Assembly: GCF_006345805.1 (NCBI RefSeq)
Contig: NC_043010.1
Coordinates: forward strand, 23,622,001 to 23,686,000
Source: Octopus sinensis
Taxonomy: Eukaryota
Length of the DNA: 64,000 nucleotides
Direction: 5' to 3'
Part shown: positions 49,500 to 61,286 of the stretch, piece by piece
Numbering within the stretch: the first letter of the stretch is position 1
How the letters are laid out: the number at the start of each line of letters is the position of its first letter
Notes under the pieces: generated by a model
What the model was told of the DNA's origin: nothing
Seen by the model: the letters and a program-made list of their open reading frames with translations, nothing else
The model's database searches: none
Position numbers and translations under genes: made by a program

Positions 49500-51024
49500 A
49501 TTAGAGACAAAACCACTATTTTGCAAAACAAACGAGGAAAGACTTAATCAATACATAAAATTTTAATAAAATGTCAAAAAAACCGCCACTACAATGTTTC
49601 TTGTCGTGATCGACAATCTTCAGGTGGACTTCCAATCTAAAATATCAATATTTTAAAATATAAAAATAATAAGTTTAAAATAATTAAAGTATTAATGAAA
49701 AAATATAAATATATAATCTATATATAACCTATATATAATCCATATATAATCAATATATAAACAATATATAAACTAAAATAAACCTATCAACAATAAATAT
49801 AAAACAAAACAAAAATAAACTATATATACACCCATACACATATAACTAATTATATATAACCATATCTAAATACATACACTAAATCACACACCTATATATA
49901 TATCCCTATACATACACATAAAACGTCTAGGCAACGATAAATAAATAAAATAGCCAAATACTTCAACACAATACTTATTCATACTCCCTCACACACACAT
50001 ACAACCCACATTCCCGCTCTAGAAACGAACATCATTTAAAATTATAAATGGAGAAATGGAATAAATGGAATTAAAAATTATATTCACTTGGTAAAACGAA
50101 CATTACTTAAAAATTATGAATGAAATAATGTAATAAAATAACAGACATCGTAAATAGACATAAATTACTACGAATTCTTTAATAAAACTTCCATGATAAA
50201 CTAAAACTCATAAAAACATATAATGATAAAATCTCCCTTTACTAAACTCTATAACATACCTATATAGCAATCCCCCTAACCTAAACATTCACACACAAAT
50301 ACACACACGTAAACCACACACCCACGACATATACAAATACCCACCTCACTCACACATACCTATACATACATATAAACCTCAATATATACTCCAAAAACCC
50401 ACTCAACCCCACACAGATAAATAAACACATACATCCCCAAACCTATATAGCAAACCCATAAACACATTCACACACAAATATACATACGTAAAACACACAC
50501 CATATACATATACATACTCACTAAACTCGATATATACAACAATATTAACACACCCACACTCATACAGATAAATAAATTATACAACTAAAATACGCACACA
50601 CTCACACACAATCCCACATACATAAACACTCCAAAGAAAAACAACATTATTACACATAATACGATATATAAAATACATCGTAAGTAACCAGAATATCAAA
50701 AATAACAATATGACATAAGGAGAAATAATATACATACTTTCAAGTCAGTTTCAAATTATGAAGTGAAATTAAATTCTAAGCCGTTAAAAACGTCAAACCA
50801 AAATTACGTTACCATAGGAACCTAACATATGTATAAAAAGAATACGCGCTATGGAAGCAAAAATCCGTGCTGCATCCGTGATGCAGCACGGATTTTTATC
50901 AGTGAACAGGTCGCGGTCTTAAAGCGACAAAAATATTTTCACAAATTAAACTTAAATGTTGAAGTGAATCGAACGGCTTTCGTGTGTTTCTGAAATGGCT
51001 TACAAACACCTTCCACGCTGCAAT

Positions 51025-51030
<6 letters not shown>
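49500..51030 (-). mobile_element. Non-coding PLE-like element with HHR and strand-skewed interior
   Basis: HHR near the minus-strand 3' end, (TA)n at both ends, G-poor plus strand at 49630-50700, hairpin at 50859-50897. Boundaries inferred. Confidence 0.55.
49586..49627 (-). ncRNA. Minimal type I hammerhead ribozyme, canonical
   Basis: CCAC-CTGAAGA-TTGTCG-ATCA-CGACAA-GAAAC-ATT-GTA-GTGG. Confidence 0.82.
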
Positions 51031-51064
<34 letters not shown>

Positions 51065-51369
51065 CACGCGCGATTATATAATACTAATATTTATATATGC
51101 AATGAATAGATATATACGTGTGTGTGTGTGTATATAATAGTGCATGTCTAAATACTGTGTGTACACTGTTTATGTGGCTACGTATGCTTCATTTATGCGG
51201 TTTGTAGTTAACATTATAGCATATGATAATAGTATAAATATATTCATGCATACATACACACACACATACACATATATGTATGTGTATATATATAATATAT
51301 ATATATATATATATGTAAACACACATACATATGTATATATGTATATATACACACATACATATGCACACA

Positions 51370-51423
<54 letters not shown>

Positions 51424-51524
51424 CATATATATTATATATATAACATACTTATTTAGATGTCTATATATATATATGTGTGTGTGTGTATATCTTATTTTAT
51501 TTATTTTTTATTTATTTCAATTTT

Positions 51525-52265
51525 ATTTTATTTTATCTAGTTTCAGCTCACAAGCTCTGGCCATGCTGGGGCACCGCCATTTGGTGTTGCTACATGATTT
51601 TACTTCACGAATGCTTTTTAGCAATTGCCATTTGGTGAATGAGAGAGATGGATGCAACTGCCCTCATCTGCACTTCCTGCCGTGAAGTTGGTTCATCTGG
51701 GACACCTGACAGGAAGACATCCAGGTTTATTTTAAAGACATCCGCATCCACCCCATGCAGGTCTCTCAGGTCCTTTGGGAGGATATTGAAGAGCTGTGAG
51801 CCTCTGAAACCCAGGCTATCACAGTATCTTGTCCTACATCTTGATGGCAAAGTTGGAGTCCTTGGCACTATGCAGTCGCGCCCAGTTCTAGTATTTGTGT
51901 AACTCTCGATGCCAAACTTTGGGACAAGTCCTTCTAGGATCTTCCAGTTGTATATTATGGCATATCTTTCTCGCCTACGCCCTAATGAATAGAGTCTTAA
52001 TCTCTTGAGTCTTTCCCAGTAGCTTATATGCTGCACAGAGGCTATCTTCTTCGTGTAGCTTCGTTGGATCACCTCAAGTTCTGTGATTAACTTGACACTG
52101 GATGGTGACCATAGCTGAGAGCAATAGTCAAAGTGGCTTAGGACAAGTGTCCTCTAGAGGACCATCATGGTTTCCTCGTCTCTTGTTCTAAAGGTTCTAA
52201 GAATCCATCCGGTCAGCCGCCACCCATATCATTGGCAATTTAGCAACATGCACATGAAAGGTCGC
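51525..52265 (-). mobile_element. CR1-group LINE 3' fragment
   Basis: LSHFDYCSQLWSP...IQRSYTKKI...YWERLKRLRLYSLGRRRERY...GSQLFNILPKDLR...FKINLDVFL; 3' end GGCGGTGCCCCAGCATGGCC...GAAACTAGATAAAATAAAA. Confidence 0.85.
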
Positions 52266-52304
52266 ATCATTACTCAAGTAAATATATAAATATATGTATA
52301 TATA

Positions 52305-52480
52305 TTTCAAAATGTGTCCTCGTGTGTACAGTTGGCGATTTTTTTTCCTATGTCTTCCATTCTCTGGATCTTTCCTTCTCCTATTTTTCCGACGAAGAGC
52401 TTTCCTGAGCGTCCAATAATACTATATTTGTTCCACGTCCTCGCGTCGTTGTGTTTTTTGTGCTTTCTTATTTGGATTAA

Positions 52481-52485
<5 letters not shown>
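52305..52485 (+). mobile_element. PLE terminal repeat with the 3' half of the HHR deleted
   Basis: Same family as 11200; CCGACGAAGAGC is joined directly to TTTCCTGAGCG. Confidence 0.7.
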
Positions 52486-52519
<34 letters not shown>

Positions 52520-52729
52520 GACGCGCGATTATATAATATTAATATTTATATATGCAATGAATAGATATATACGTGTGTGTATATATAAGAGTGCATGTCT
52601 AAATACTGTGTGTAAACTGTTTATGTGGCTACGTATGCTTCCTTTATGCGGTTTGTAGTTAACATTATAGCGTATGATAATAGTATAAATATATTCATGC
52701 ATACATACACACCCACATACACATATATG

Positions 52730-52780
<51 letters not shown>

Positions 52781-52940
52781 GTACACACACATACATATGT
52801 ATATATGTATATATACACACATACATATGCACACACGCACATATATATATATATATACATATATATTTATATATATATACATAATATTTAGATGTCTATA
52901 TATATATATGTATGTATGTATGTGTGTATGTATGTATGTA

Positions 52941-53358
52941 TTCTCTTTTACTCTTTTACTTGTTTCAGTCATTTGGCTGTGGCCATGCTGGAGCACCGCC
53001 TTTAGTCGAGCAAATCGACCCCGGGACTTATTCTTTGTAAGCCCAGTACTTATTCTATCGGTCTCATTTGTCGAACCGCTAAGAGACGGGGACGTAAACA
53101 CACCAGCATCGGTTGTCAAGTAATGCTAGGGGGACAAACACAGACACACAAACACACACGCATACACACACACACATATATATATATATATACATATATA
53201 CCACAGGCTTCTTTCAATTTCCGTCTCCCAAATCCACTCACAAGGAATTGGTTGGCCCGGGGCTATAGCAGAAGACAGTTGCCTAAGATGCCACGCAGTG
53301 GGACAGAACCCGGAACCATGTGGTTGGTTAGCAAGCTATTTACCACACAGCCACTCGT
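52941..53358 (-). mobile_element. SINE, near full length (family of 12133)
   Basis: Reverse-complement similarity along its whole length to 12133-12557. Confidence 0.85.
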
Positions 53359-54405
53359 ATGTATGTATGTATGTATGTATGTATGTATGTATGTATAGCT
53401 GCATACGAATTTCTGTGTATGTGTTTAAGTATTTATGTATGTGTATAGTAATCAAATGCAAGTCTTCCATTTAGCATGCATTAAACTAGTACCAGCTCAT
53501 AGAAGATATTAGCTTTATATCCGATTAACGCCATCATATAGATACACCCACAAAAATAAATAAGTATATCAAAGGTAAATGGAATTTCTATAAAGTATTT
53601 TTCGTTCCCAGGAAGTACATCGCTTTTATCTTCATTTATCTATTAACTTAAATCTAACTGAAATACTAAACCATAAAATTTCACCAGCTGTGAAAATTGT
53701 ACTAATTATGTTTTCTAGTCTTAGTCAAAGAAATTTATATCTAAAATAAAATAGAATAAATAAAATAATACCAAAAAAGGTTGTTGTGATTGTGAGTCAG
53801 TGTTACCATCGAAAAATTGCTTCTGTTTGTAAAGCTAATAATACCAATAGGAAATATCGTACTCGAAATGTGATTGGTTAGTCATTGCCCAAGTTTACAG
53901 CCTGGCATTCACTATTTTCTCTAAAGTTCTACGCTAACTTCTTTTCATCTCTGGAAGTGTAGAAACCAACATAGAAATAAACACCATTATATAATACCTA
54001 ACATATTGGCCTCGTCTGTGAAAACCACAATACAACTGCAACTTTAAAAAGTTGTGTTCTTTCTTTCTTCTACAGCCGATTTCCATTTCATTGCCTCTTT
54101 TGAGCTTTTCCTTTCTGCCTTTCTTTCTTTCTTTCTTTTTTTTTTTCATTGAGGTCGATATCAATAGCTTTCCCTTAGTTTTCCATTTCATGCACTTAAA
54201 TTCTCGATTTGCAAGCGAAAGTTTTTGTTGATGAATACGTTTAAAGTAGAGAATTGCAAACCGCCGAGATTATAGACTTACAGACTACACTGTCGACTGA
54301 GGAATCTTTTGTCCCTAACCCGAAACGAGTAATGCACTGCGGTGAGGGCAAGGCGCATAATTCTCAATTGATTCAGTTTACTATAAGATACATACATAGA
54401 TACAA

Positions 54406-54449
<44 letters not shown>

Positions 54450-54712
54450 TATATATATATGTATGTATGTATGTGTGTATTTATACATATATATATATAG
54501 ATATGTTAATATATATATATATATATATATACATATATTTATGCATATAGATATATACATATATATATATTTATATATGCATGTATATTTGAATATATAT
54601 ATATATATGTAAGTGTGTATATTTATACACATATATATATATGTGTTTATACATAAATACATATCTATATATATGTGTGTTAATATATATATATATATAT
54701 ATCTATATATAT

Positions 54713-54754
<42 letters not shown>

Positions 54755-54769
54755 ATAATTCAATATTAA

Positions 54770-55190
54770 ATCTTTGAGCGAGAAGCGTGCAGTAGCAGCA
54801 CGAAATCGTGAAGTATGCTCGCCACCTAAATGTGGCAGTCTCATAGGGGACGATGCTGCTGTTGTTTATAGCCCCAGGAGGACATCTCCACCAGCTGGCT
54901 AACGACACATTGTCTATTTTGCATTTGGAATGAGTTCTCATCGCTTGTTGGTGATTATCACACACTGAAGACGGGTTACTGCCCACATACCCGGGTCTGT
55001 GTGTATCACGTAAGGCTAGAGATGGGAACAACGATTTTTCCCTTCGCAAACACTAATCAGACATAGACAGTGTGTCGTTAGCCAGCTTGAGGAGATGTCT
55101 TCCTGGGGCTATAAACAACAGTAACATCGTCCCCTAAGGGCCCCACCACATTTAGGTGACAAATATACTTCACGATATTTATATCGTGAA
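54770..55190. mobile_element. PLE terminal repeats in inverted arrangement with degenerate HHR at 54959-55003
   Basis: 54803-54915 inverted vs 55060-55175; CACACA-CTGAAGA-CGGGT-TACT-GCCCA-CATAC-CCGG-GTC-TGTGTG; related to the 20360/56440 family. Confidence 0.65.
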
Positions 55191-55212
55191 GTATGTTCTT
55201 TTGGGGGAATAA

Positions 55213-55500
55213 ATAGCTTTTATCTTTTAATTCTTTCACTCATTAGACTGTGGCCACGCTGGAGCACCGCGTTCAAGACTGTTTAGTCAACAAAATCGAC
55301 AGCCATTTTAAGCCTGGTACTTATTATATCGATATCTTTTATCGAACCGCTAATTTACGGTGGCGTAAATACACCAGCACTGGTTGTCAAGCGATCTCAC
55401 AAGGCACCTGTCGACAAAAAGATATAGTAGAATACACTCAACCAAGGTGTCCCGTAGTGGGTCGTAATCCTGAGCAAAATTATTTCCACGCCTATACACA
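55213..55500 (-). mobile_element. SINE, partial and diverged
   Basis: TGTGGCCACGCTGGAGCACCGC...AAGTACC-type 3' half in reverse orientation. Confidence 0.65.
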
Positions 55501-55524
55501 CGTACACACACACACACACACACA

Positions 55525-55709
55525 GGTGCAGGCGTAGCTGTGTGGGAAGAAACTTGCTTCACAACCACATGGTACCGCGTTCAAGCCCACTGAGTTGCAC
55601 CTTAGTCACATGTCTTTTAATGTAGCCTCTGCCCAACCAAGGCCTTGTGTGTGGATTTGTTAGACGGAAACTGAAGGAAGACAGTCGAATATGTACGTGC
55701 ATATATGTG

Positions 55710-55772
<63 letters not shown>

Positions 55773-55911
55773 AATGGCAAATCAGAAAATAAATAGGATA
55801 CAAAACGACATACATCATCGGCATTTGGGTATGAATAACTAGGTATACTACCATCAGTATATTGGATATATATCCCTAGTTGACTGGTTTCCCAACCTCT
55901 AAGTCTCACAG

Positions 55912-55988
<77 letters not shown>

Positions 55989-56222
55989 CATATACAAATA
56001 GATAGATAGATATGTGTGTGTGAGTGTGTGTGCGTGTGTGTTTGTGTGCCCTGCCCCATCGCTTGACAATACGTGCTTAATTACCTGTAACTTGAGGGTT
56101 CGGCAATATAGATCGATAGTATAAGTACTAGGCTCACAAAAAATAAGTTCTTGTGTGCTTTCTTCGTTCCGAAACCCTTTAAGGTAGTACTCCGGCATGA
56201 AACAACTATAAGAATAAAAGAA
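55525..56222 (+). mobile_element. SINE (family of 12133) with ~150-bp insertion in its internal microsatellite
   Basis: Head at 55525-55690, tail at 56020-56222, unrelated segment at 55770-55915 between (TA)n runs. Confidence 0.7.
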
Positions 56223-56229
56223 TATATAT

Positions 56230-56293
<64 letters not shown>

Positions 56294-56362
56294 ATATATA
56301 TTATATATATATATATATAGATGTAGATAAAAGTATATATATATACATACTTATATCTACAT

Positions 56363-56424
<62 letters not shown>

Positions 56425-56439
56425 ATATATGTATATATA

Positions 56440-56700
56440 TATAATGATAAATCTCAGAGCGAGTTATTGTGATGCACATATGCCATTTGAATATGGCTAA
56501 CCCACAAGGGTGGATGCTACTGTAGTTTGTAGCCCCAGGAAGATATCTCCTCCAGCTGGCCATAGACACACTATCTGTGTCCTGTCAGTATTTGTGAAGG
56601 GGAGTCATCCTCCCCGTCTTCAACACATGATACACACGTACCCGAGTTTCAAGGTGTTTACCTTTCATCAGCGTGTGACAATCATGGTTGTCGATGAATT
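56440..56700 (-). mobile_element. PLE terminal repeat
   Basis: Homologous to 20360-20945; minus-strand 3' end TTATCATT(AT)n. Confidence 0.75.
56633..56677 (-). ncRNA. Minimal type I hammerhead ribozyme, canonical
   Basis: CACACG-CTGATGA-AAGGT-AAAC-ACCTT-GAAAC-TCGG-GTA-CGTGTG; stems I and II fully paired. Confidence 0.85.
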
Positions 56701-59480
56701 TCTTTATTACGATTATAAAATCATCACATAGAAGGACATACATACAGGACATACATACAAAAAACAGTTAAGTGGTTCGATTAAAATTTTCCATAATATA
56801 TGGATTATTCATTATACAAAATTTGAATTTAAATTGTCCTTTGCATTGACTAATAGAACATTACAACATTACATTTAGCTTGAGATCTTACCGATATATT
56901 TTAAACCCCGGCAACCTATAAGGCCCCGCAGCTTTTCTTTCCTCTCCTCCATCCATAGTTAAGCCGGGTTTCTGACACCCACCTTTTTTGCCACTTCCTT
57001 CCATCTTTTTTCATACACACCTCGTGGTAAGATCTTTTCCAGCCCCATTTTGCTCTTCAGATGATATCTGAAGTAAGTGAGCAAGCCGGGGCCTGAGACA
57101 AAGGATCGTATTGCGACTCCTTCCATTCTTGTACGCCACATGCATTCTTTTACTACTGCAACCGTGCAGTGAAAACATGCCTCATCTTCCTTCGAGAGTA
57201 CTCGTCCCAGATGCAATAACACGTGTTCTGCGTAACTTATCAAGTCTGACAACATCCGACAGTGTACAAAAGCGTGCTGGACGGTTTCATCGTCCAACCC
57301 GCATCTTGGACACGTCGGTGGCACTGAAATTCCGTGCCGCGATAACTTCTCGCGAACAGGTAAAGCATTCCTATAACACTGCCAGGCCAGGGATCTTTGG
57401 AAATTATCCAAATACCCCGTTCTGAAAGTCTTTTTAAACAGGTTGGTAAGCTGGTCCTCGTCGAACCCCAGAGCCCCTCCTAGGACGTCGTCGTTCTTTG
57501 CTTCTACCAGCCTGCTATAAAATACCGAGGTGGTATTTCCGCAGCCGGCCTTGCCCGCCTTGTGGATCAGCGTGAGTGCCTGTCGGCACTCCTTTTGCCA
57601 TAAAGTCAGATTCCGTCTTTTGATGCGACCGGGTTTAAAATTCACTAAGGAAGCCGGTCTCGGGAAAAATTCCCCTGCCAGCAGACTCCACACCTTTTCA
57701 CCCTCCAGGTGGTGCCTCAACGCATGTCTGCGCATCATCAACCAAGGCATTCCTAACCCACCCTTTAACGGTTCCTGGCAGCAAACGGAGCGCCTCACAA
57801 GTGGCTTTCCTCCCTTCCACAAAAAGCGGAAAAGGATTCGCTCCAACTTGCTAAGCCATGAATCGGGGCAAGGGACAGCGGTCAGGCGGTAAGTGATTAC
57901 AGATGCAATGAACATCTGTGCCACCTCCGCCCTTCCTTTCAAGGACAGAGACCTTCCGGACCAGGTCCGTACTATGGTCTCCACCTTGCCCGTCACCTCA
58001 CTCCAATTCCTCTCCGTTTGGGAGTCTGACCCAAACCAAACTCCTAGCAACTTAACAGGACCATCCGTCCAGTGTCCCATGACACTGGACGATATCGACT
58101 TGCTCCTCCAGGTGCCGAGGCGCAAGCCAACCGACTTGTCCTTGTTAACCCTTGCTCCTGCCACCGCCTCGTATCCTCTGATAGCATCTTCTACACAAGG
58201 TATCTGGGCCTCATTGGACACGATGAGGGTGACGTCATCCGCATAAGCAGTAACCGTCCTCCCACCTCCGATCTCATCCGGGTTACTTCCCAGCCTCTCC
58301 AACTTTCGCAGCAATGGCTCGAGAGCCAACACGTACAAAGGTGGTGACAAGGGGCACCCTTGACGAACTGAACATTCGATCGAAAACGGTTCCGTTAGGT
58401 AACCGTTTATCTGGACGGTGGACTTGATGCTGCTATACATAGCGGAGATCCACCCGCGAAATTCAGAGCCCAGTCCATTCTGCTGCCAGTTCGCGTAGAC
58501 GCCTGCCAATATTCCCCCGAACAAGTCCGGCATACTTTGGTAAAACTCGTAGGGCAGACCATCCAACCCCGGCGACTTCTCCCCGGCGCATCCGGCCAGT
58601 ACCCCCTCTATCTCCGCAGGAGTGATCGCTCCTTCACAGCACTCCACCTCACGCCCCGAGAGCCGCGGTCCGCCGGCTAGGAAGTCCTTTAAGGCCCTCC
58701 CCCGCTCCGGCGCCACACCACACCCGAACGCGCGGGCGAAATGCTGGTGAAGAAACTTTTGCATCTCCTCCTGTCCATAGATCTTTTGTCCCTGTTCGTC
58801 AGTTAAAGACTTGATTGAAGCTTTGTTACCTCTCTGACTCTCCACTCGACGGGCCCATCCGGCAACGTTAATACCTTCTTGTTTCCCAGCGCGTAGCTTA
58901 GCTCTAACTCTGCAACCTTCGTGTTTGGAGTTAAGGTGACGGTACAATACCGTCCTTGCCGCCATCACTCCGGATGCAGAGCCAGATTCCATTGCCTCGT
59001 TTAGATTCTTAACTAAATCGTCCTCTATCCTAGACCTATCTAACCTTAGCTGATTGCTAAATCTAATGGACTCTGAACGAATGGCTCTTTTGAGGGAGTG
59101 CCACCATCTATAGTTAATGATGGTGCCACACAATGCCCTCTGTACTAACACCTTAATCCGGGTACGGAAGTTTTCACAATTCAAAATAGACTTGTTCAGC
59201 TTCCAGTACCCGGGTCCCTGTCTATGACACTTATCTAATTGCACCCTACAAGTCACAAATTTGTGATCCGTGTAAGGCACAATGTGAAACTGTGGACAAC
59301 TAAACGTATCCTTATCTCTTTTCCTAACGAATATCCTATCTATATACGATCTGTGTGAGCCGTCGTTGTTACTCCACGTCCACTGTGGAACGCTCGACTC
59401 ATCCAGTCGATAACGGTCCACTAGATCAAAGCTCTCTAGTAGACCCTTGAGGCTAGGGTTCCCCTTCCTATTGGTTGAGC
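56697..59480 (-). mobile_element. Tx1/L1-clade LINE copy 3 (different subfamily), 5'-truncated
   Basis: APE C-terminus (SYIDRIFV..TDHK), RT remnants, zinc knuckle CPRCGLDDETVQHAFVHC; AATAAA near 56703. Confidence 0.9.
56959..59421 (-). CDS. Tx1-type ORF2 remnant, 820 aa, open but internally deleted
   Basis: Continuous ORF; lacks the segment between WQQNG and GSEFRGW that holds RPITLLN and LDQSKAFD in copy 2; retains YADD. Confidence 0.8.
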   Translation of the reverse strand: MDRYRLDESSVPQWTWSNNDGSHRSYIDRIFVRKRDKDTFSCPQFHIVPYTDHKFVTCRVQLDKCHRQGPGYWKLNKSILNCENFRTRIKVLVQRALCGTIINYRWWHSLKRAIRSESIRFSNQLRLDRSRIEDDLVKNLNEAMESGSASGVMAARTVLYRHLNSKHEGCRVRAKLRAGKQEGINVAGWARRVESQRGNKASIKSLTDEQGQKIYGQEEMQKFLHQHFARAFGCGVAPERGRALKDFLAGGPRLSGREVECCEGAITPAEIEGVLAGCAGEKSPGLDGLPYEFYQSMPDLFGGILAGVYANWQQNGLGSEFRGWISAMYSSIKSTVQINGYLTEPFSIECSVRQGCPLSPPLYVLALEPLLRKLERLGSNPDEIGGGRTVTAYADDVTLIVSNEAQIPCVEDAIRGYEAVAGARVNKDKSVGLRLGTWRSKSISSSVMGHWTDGPVKLLGVWFGSDSQTERNWSEVTGKVETIVRTWSGRSLSLKGRAEVAQMFIASVITYRLTAVPCPDSWLSKLERILFRFLWKGGKPLVRRSVCCQEPLKGGLGMPWLMMRRHALRHHLEGEKVWSLLAGEFFPRPASLVNFKPGRIKRRNLTLWQKECRQALTLIHKAGKAGCGNTTSVFYSRLVEAKNDDVLGGALGFDEDQLTNLFKKTFRTGYLDNFQRSLAWQCYRNALPVREKLSRHGISVPPTCPRCGLDDETVQHAFVHCRMLSDLISYAEHVLLHLGRVLSKEDEACFHCTVAVVKECMWRTRMEGVAIRSFVSGPGLLTYFRYHLKSKMGLEKILPRGVYEKRWKEVAKKVGVRNPA

Positions 59481-59509
59481 CAACACTGTCGATCCGCTCT
59501 GTCGATCCG

Positions 59510-59664
59510 ATGGGGGCATCGAAAAGCCGACTGTAAAAGCCCGTTTACCATCTGGCCTCTGGCAAACAAAATATGGAAGAGTTCGGAGACACAAAGGTTG
59601 CACTGCCTTCTGCCCCTATCAAATGGTAAACGGGCTTTTACAGTCGGCTTTTCGATGCCCCCAT
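59510..59664. repeat. Perfect 42-bp inverted repeat with 71-bp spacer
   Basis: 59510-59551 is the exact reverse complement of 59623-59664. Confidence 0.95.
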
Positions 59665-60277
59665 TGGCGGCGTTACACTTATCTGGCTTTTAAATAGCGT
59701 TTATAAATAATACCGGCACCCATAGCCCTTGGTAACAAATTCTGAAATAGCCTTTAAGATATTTACGATTAACCACTGCAAGGGGAATTACTCCTGTAAG
59801 ATATACGGGGCTTGGTTTTTTCACAACGGGGGGTTACCTTGACAAGGCAGGCTTAGATGAACACACACACACATAAAACATAATATATATTTTTTTCTGC
59901 CACCCAACGGTTCTTACTGCAGTAGCCACTGACAGCCGAACGATCAAACGCACACACGTACACAAAAAATGTTTTCTACCCCTACGCCAGCACACACATA
60001 TATAGAACAGTATACACACACACGTCTCTAAGTAGATTTTTTCTCGCCCCTTATAAAACATCCAATATTCCTTAAATAGTCAGAACTTTATTCTCGGTCA
60101 CAAAGAACATCTACACACCCTCACCCACATGATTGACCGATGCCTGACCCGTTAAATTCTTCAGCCACCGGTTCTCAACATACACTGATAAACAGTTTCG
60201 CCATGGGCTCTTAGGAGCCTAATTCGATTTGTTTTGCTCCGCCTCTGTTCTGTTTTTGTTTTTTCCAACGGATTTCC

Positions 60278-60370
60278 TATTTCTTCCTGAAGAGAAAGAC
60301 ACAATATGGTCCCATTATTCAATCGGATTTTGGTAAATTGTGCCTTTCGAAACACGTGTAGAATGAAATA
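60278..60370 (+). ncRNA. Type I hammerhead ribozyme, canonical core, long stem II
   Basis: TATTTCTTC-CTGAAGA-[GAAAGACACAAT...ATTGTGCCTTTC]-GAAAC-ACGT-GTA-GAATGAAATA; palindromic ACACGTGT; followed by a short tail and (TA)n as in PLE 3' ends. Confidence 0.82.
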
Positions 60371-60422
60371 AAACGATTTCTGTTCAATCTGCGTTCAGCT
60401 CCATTTCTTCAATTGACCAATA

Positions 60423-60459
<37 letters not shown>

Positions 60460-61140
60460 TCCTCGCTGACCATATATAACTTTCTTTCTGTCTGCTGCTT
60501 CAGCAAGTCAACATCGGCTTTTCTGTCCTCGTAAGCTGTTCTTCAGAATGCGTTCAAATGAATTTTTCCACCGTCTAGGCTTAAAAAAAGCCCTTATTGT
60601 TGGTGTCCTTGTCCTGTCTTTTACTGTTTTTATCTTTATTTGAACTGTTTTTATTACTTTATTTGTATTGCTTTTACGTCCTGTTCTTGCCACCTGTTTT
60701 TTACCCCTCCGCAAATTTTTTTTATTTAATTCGCTTTGCAGGAATTTCTGTTTCAAGTAGTCGTGTTCTGCCCTTACCTTCGAAACTCGCAATGAGTCGA
60801 AACAGAGGCAGCTTAAGAAGGGGAATATTCCTTGTGTGTATGTCTTGTACCCTGTTTTTTCGTTGTTAAAAAAAGTCCGTTTCTTTCTTTTGTTTTTATG
60901 TTTTCGTTTCTCGTTGTGTTCTACGTTTATTTGTGGTGTCCTGTACCCATATATGCATGTATATATACATATAGATGTAGGTATGTACATATATGTATGT
61001 ATGCATATGTTTTATTTATTAAATTGTTATTATATGATCGAGCGCATATATATATATATATATGTATACATTTATATATATGTATAGGTATATATAAGTA
61101 TATATATATATATATATATATACATATGCATATATATAGG

Positions 61141-61172
<32 letters not shown>

Positions 61173-61241
61173 GATATATATATTGGTGTATATATATAGG
61201 TATATATACAGGTATATATAGGTGTATATATATATATACAT

Positions 61242-61286
<45 letters not shown>

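Larger units (their letters stand above)
51061..52915. repeat. ~410-bp direct repeats (51061-51480 / 52513-52915)
   Basis: Shared CGCGCGATTATATAATA...GTGGCTACGTATGCTTC...ATTTAGATGTCTATA; copies differ by substitutions. Confidence 0.85.

Noticed and set aside
57111-58347. Plus-strand ORFs overlapping the Tx1 element (similarly around 22.9-25.6 kb and 28.6-31.3 kb)
   Set aside because: Antisense shadows of LINE coding sequence.
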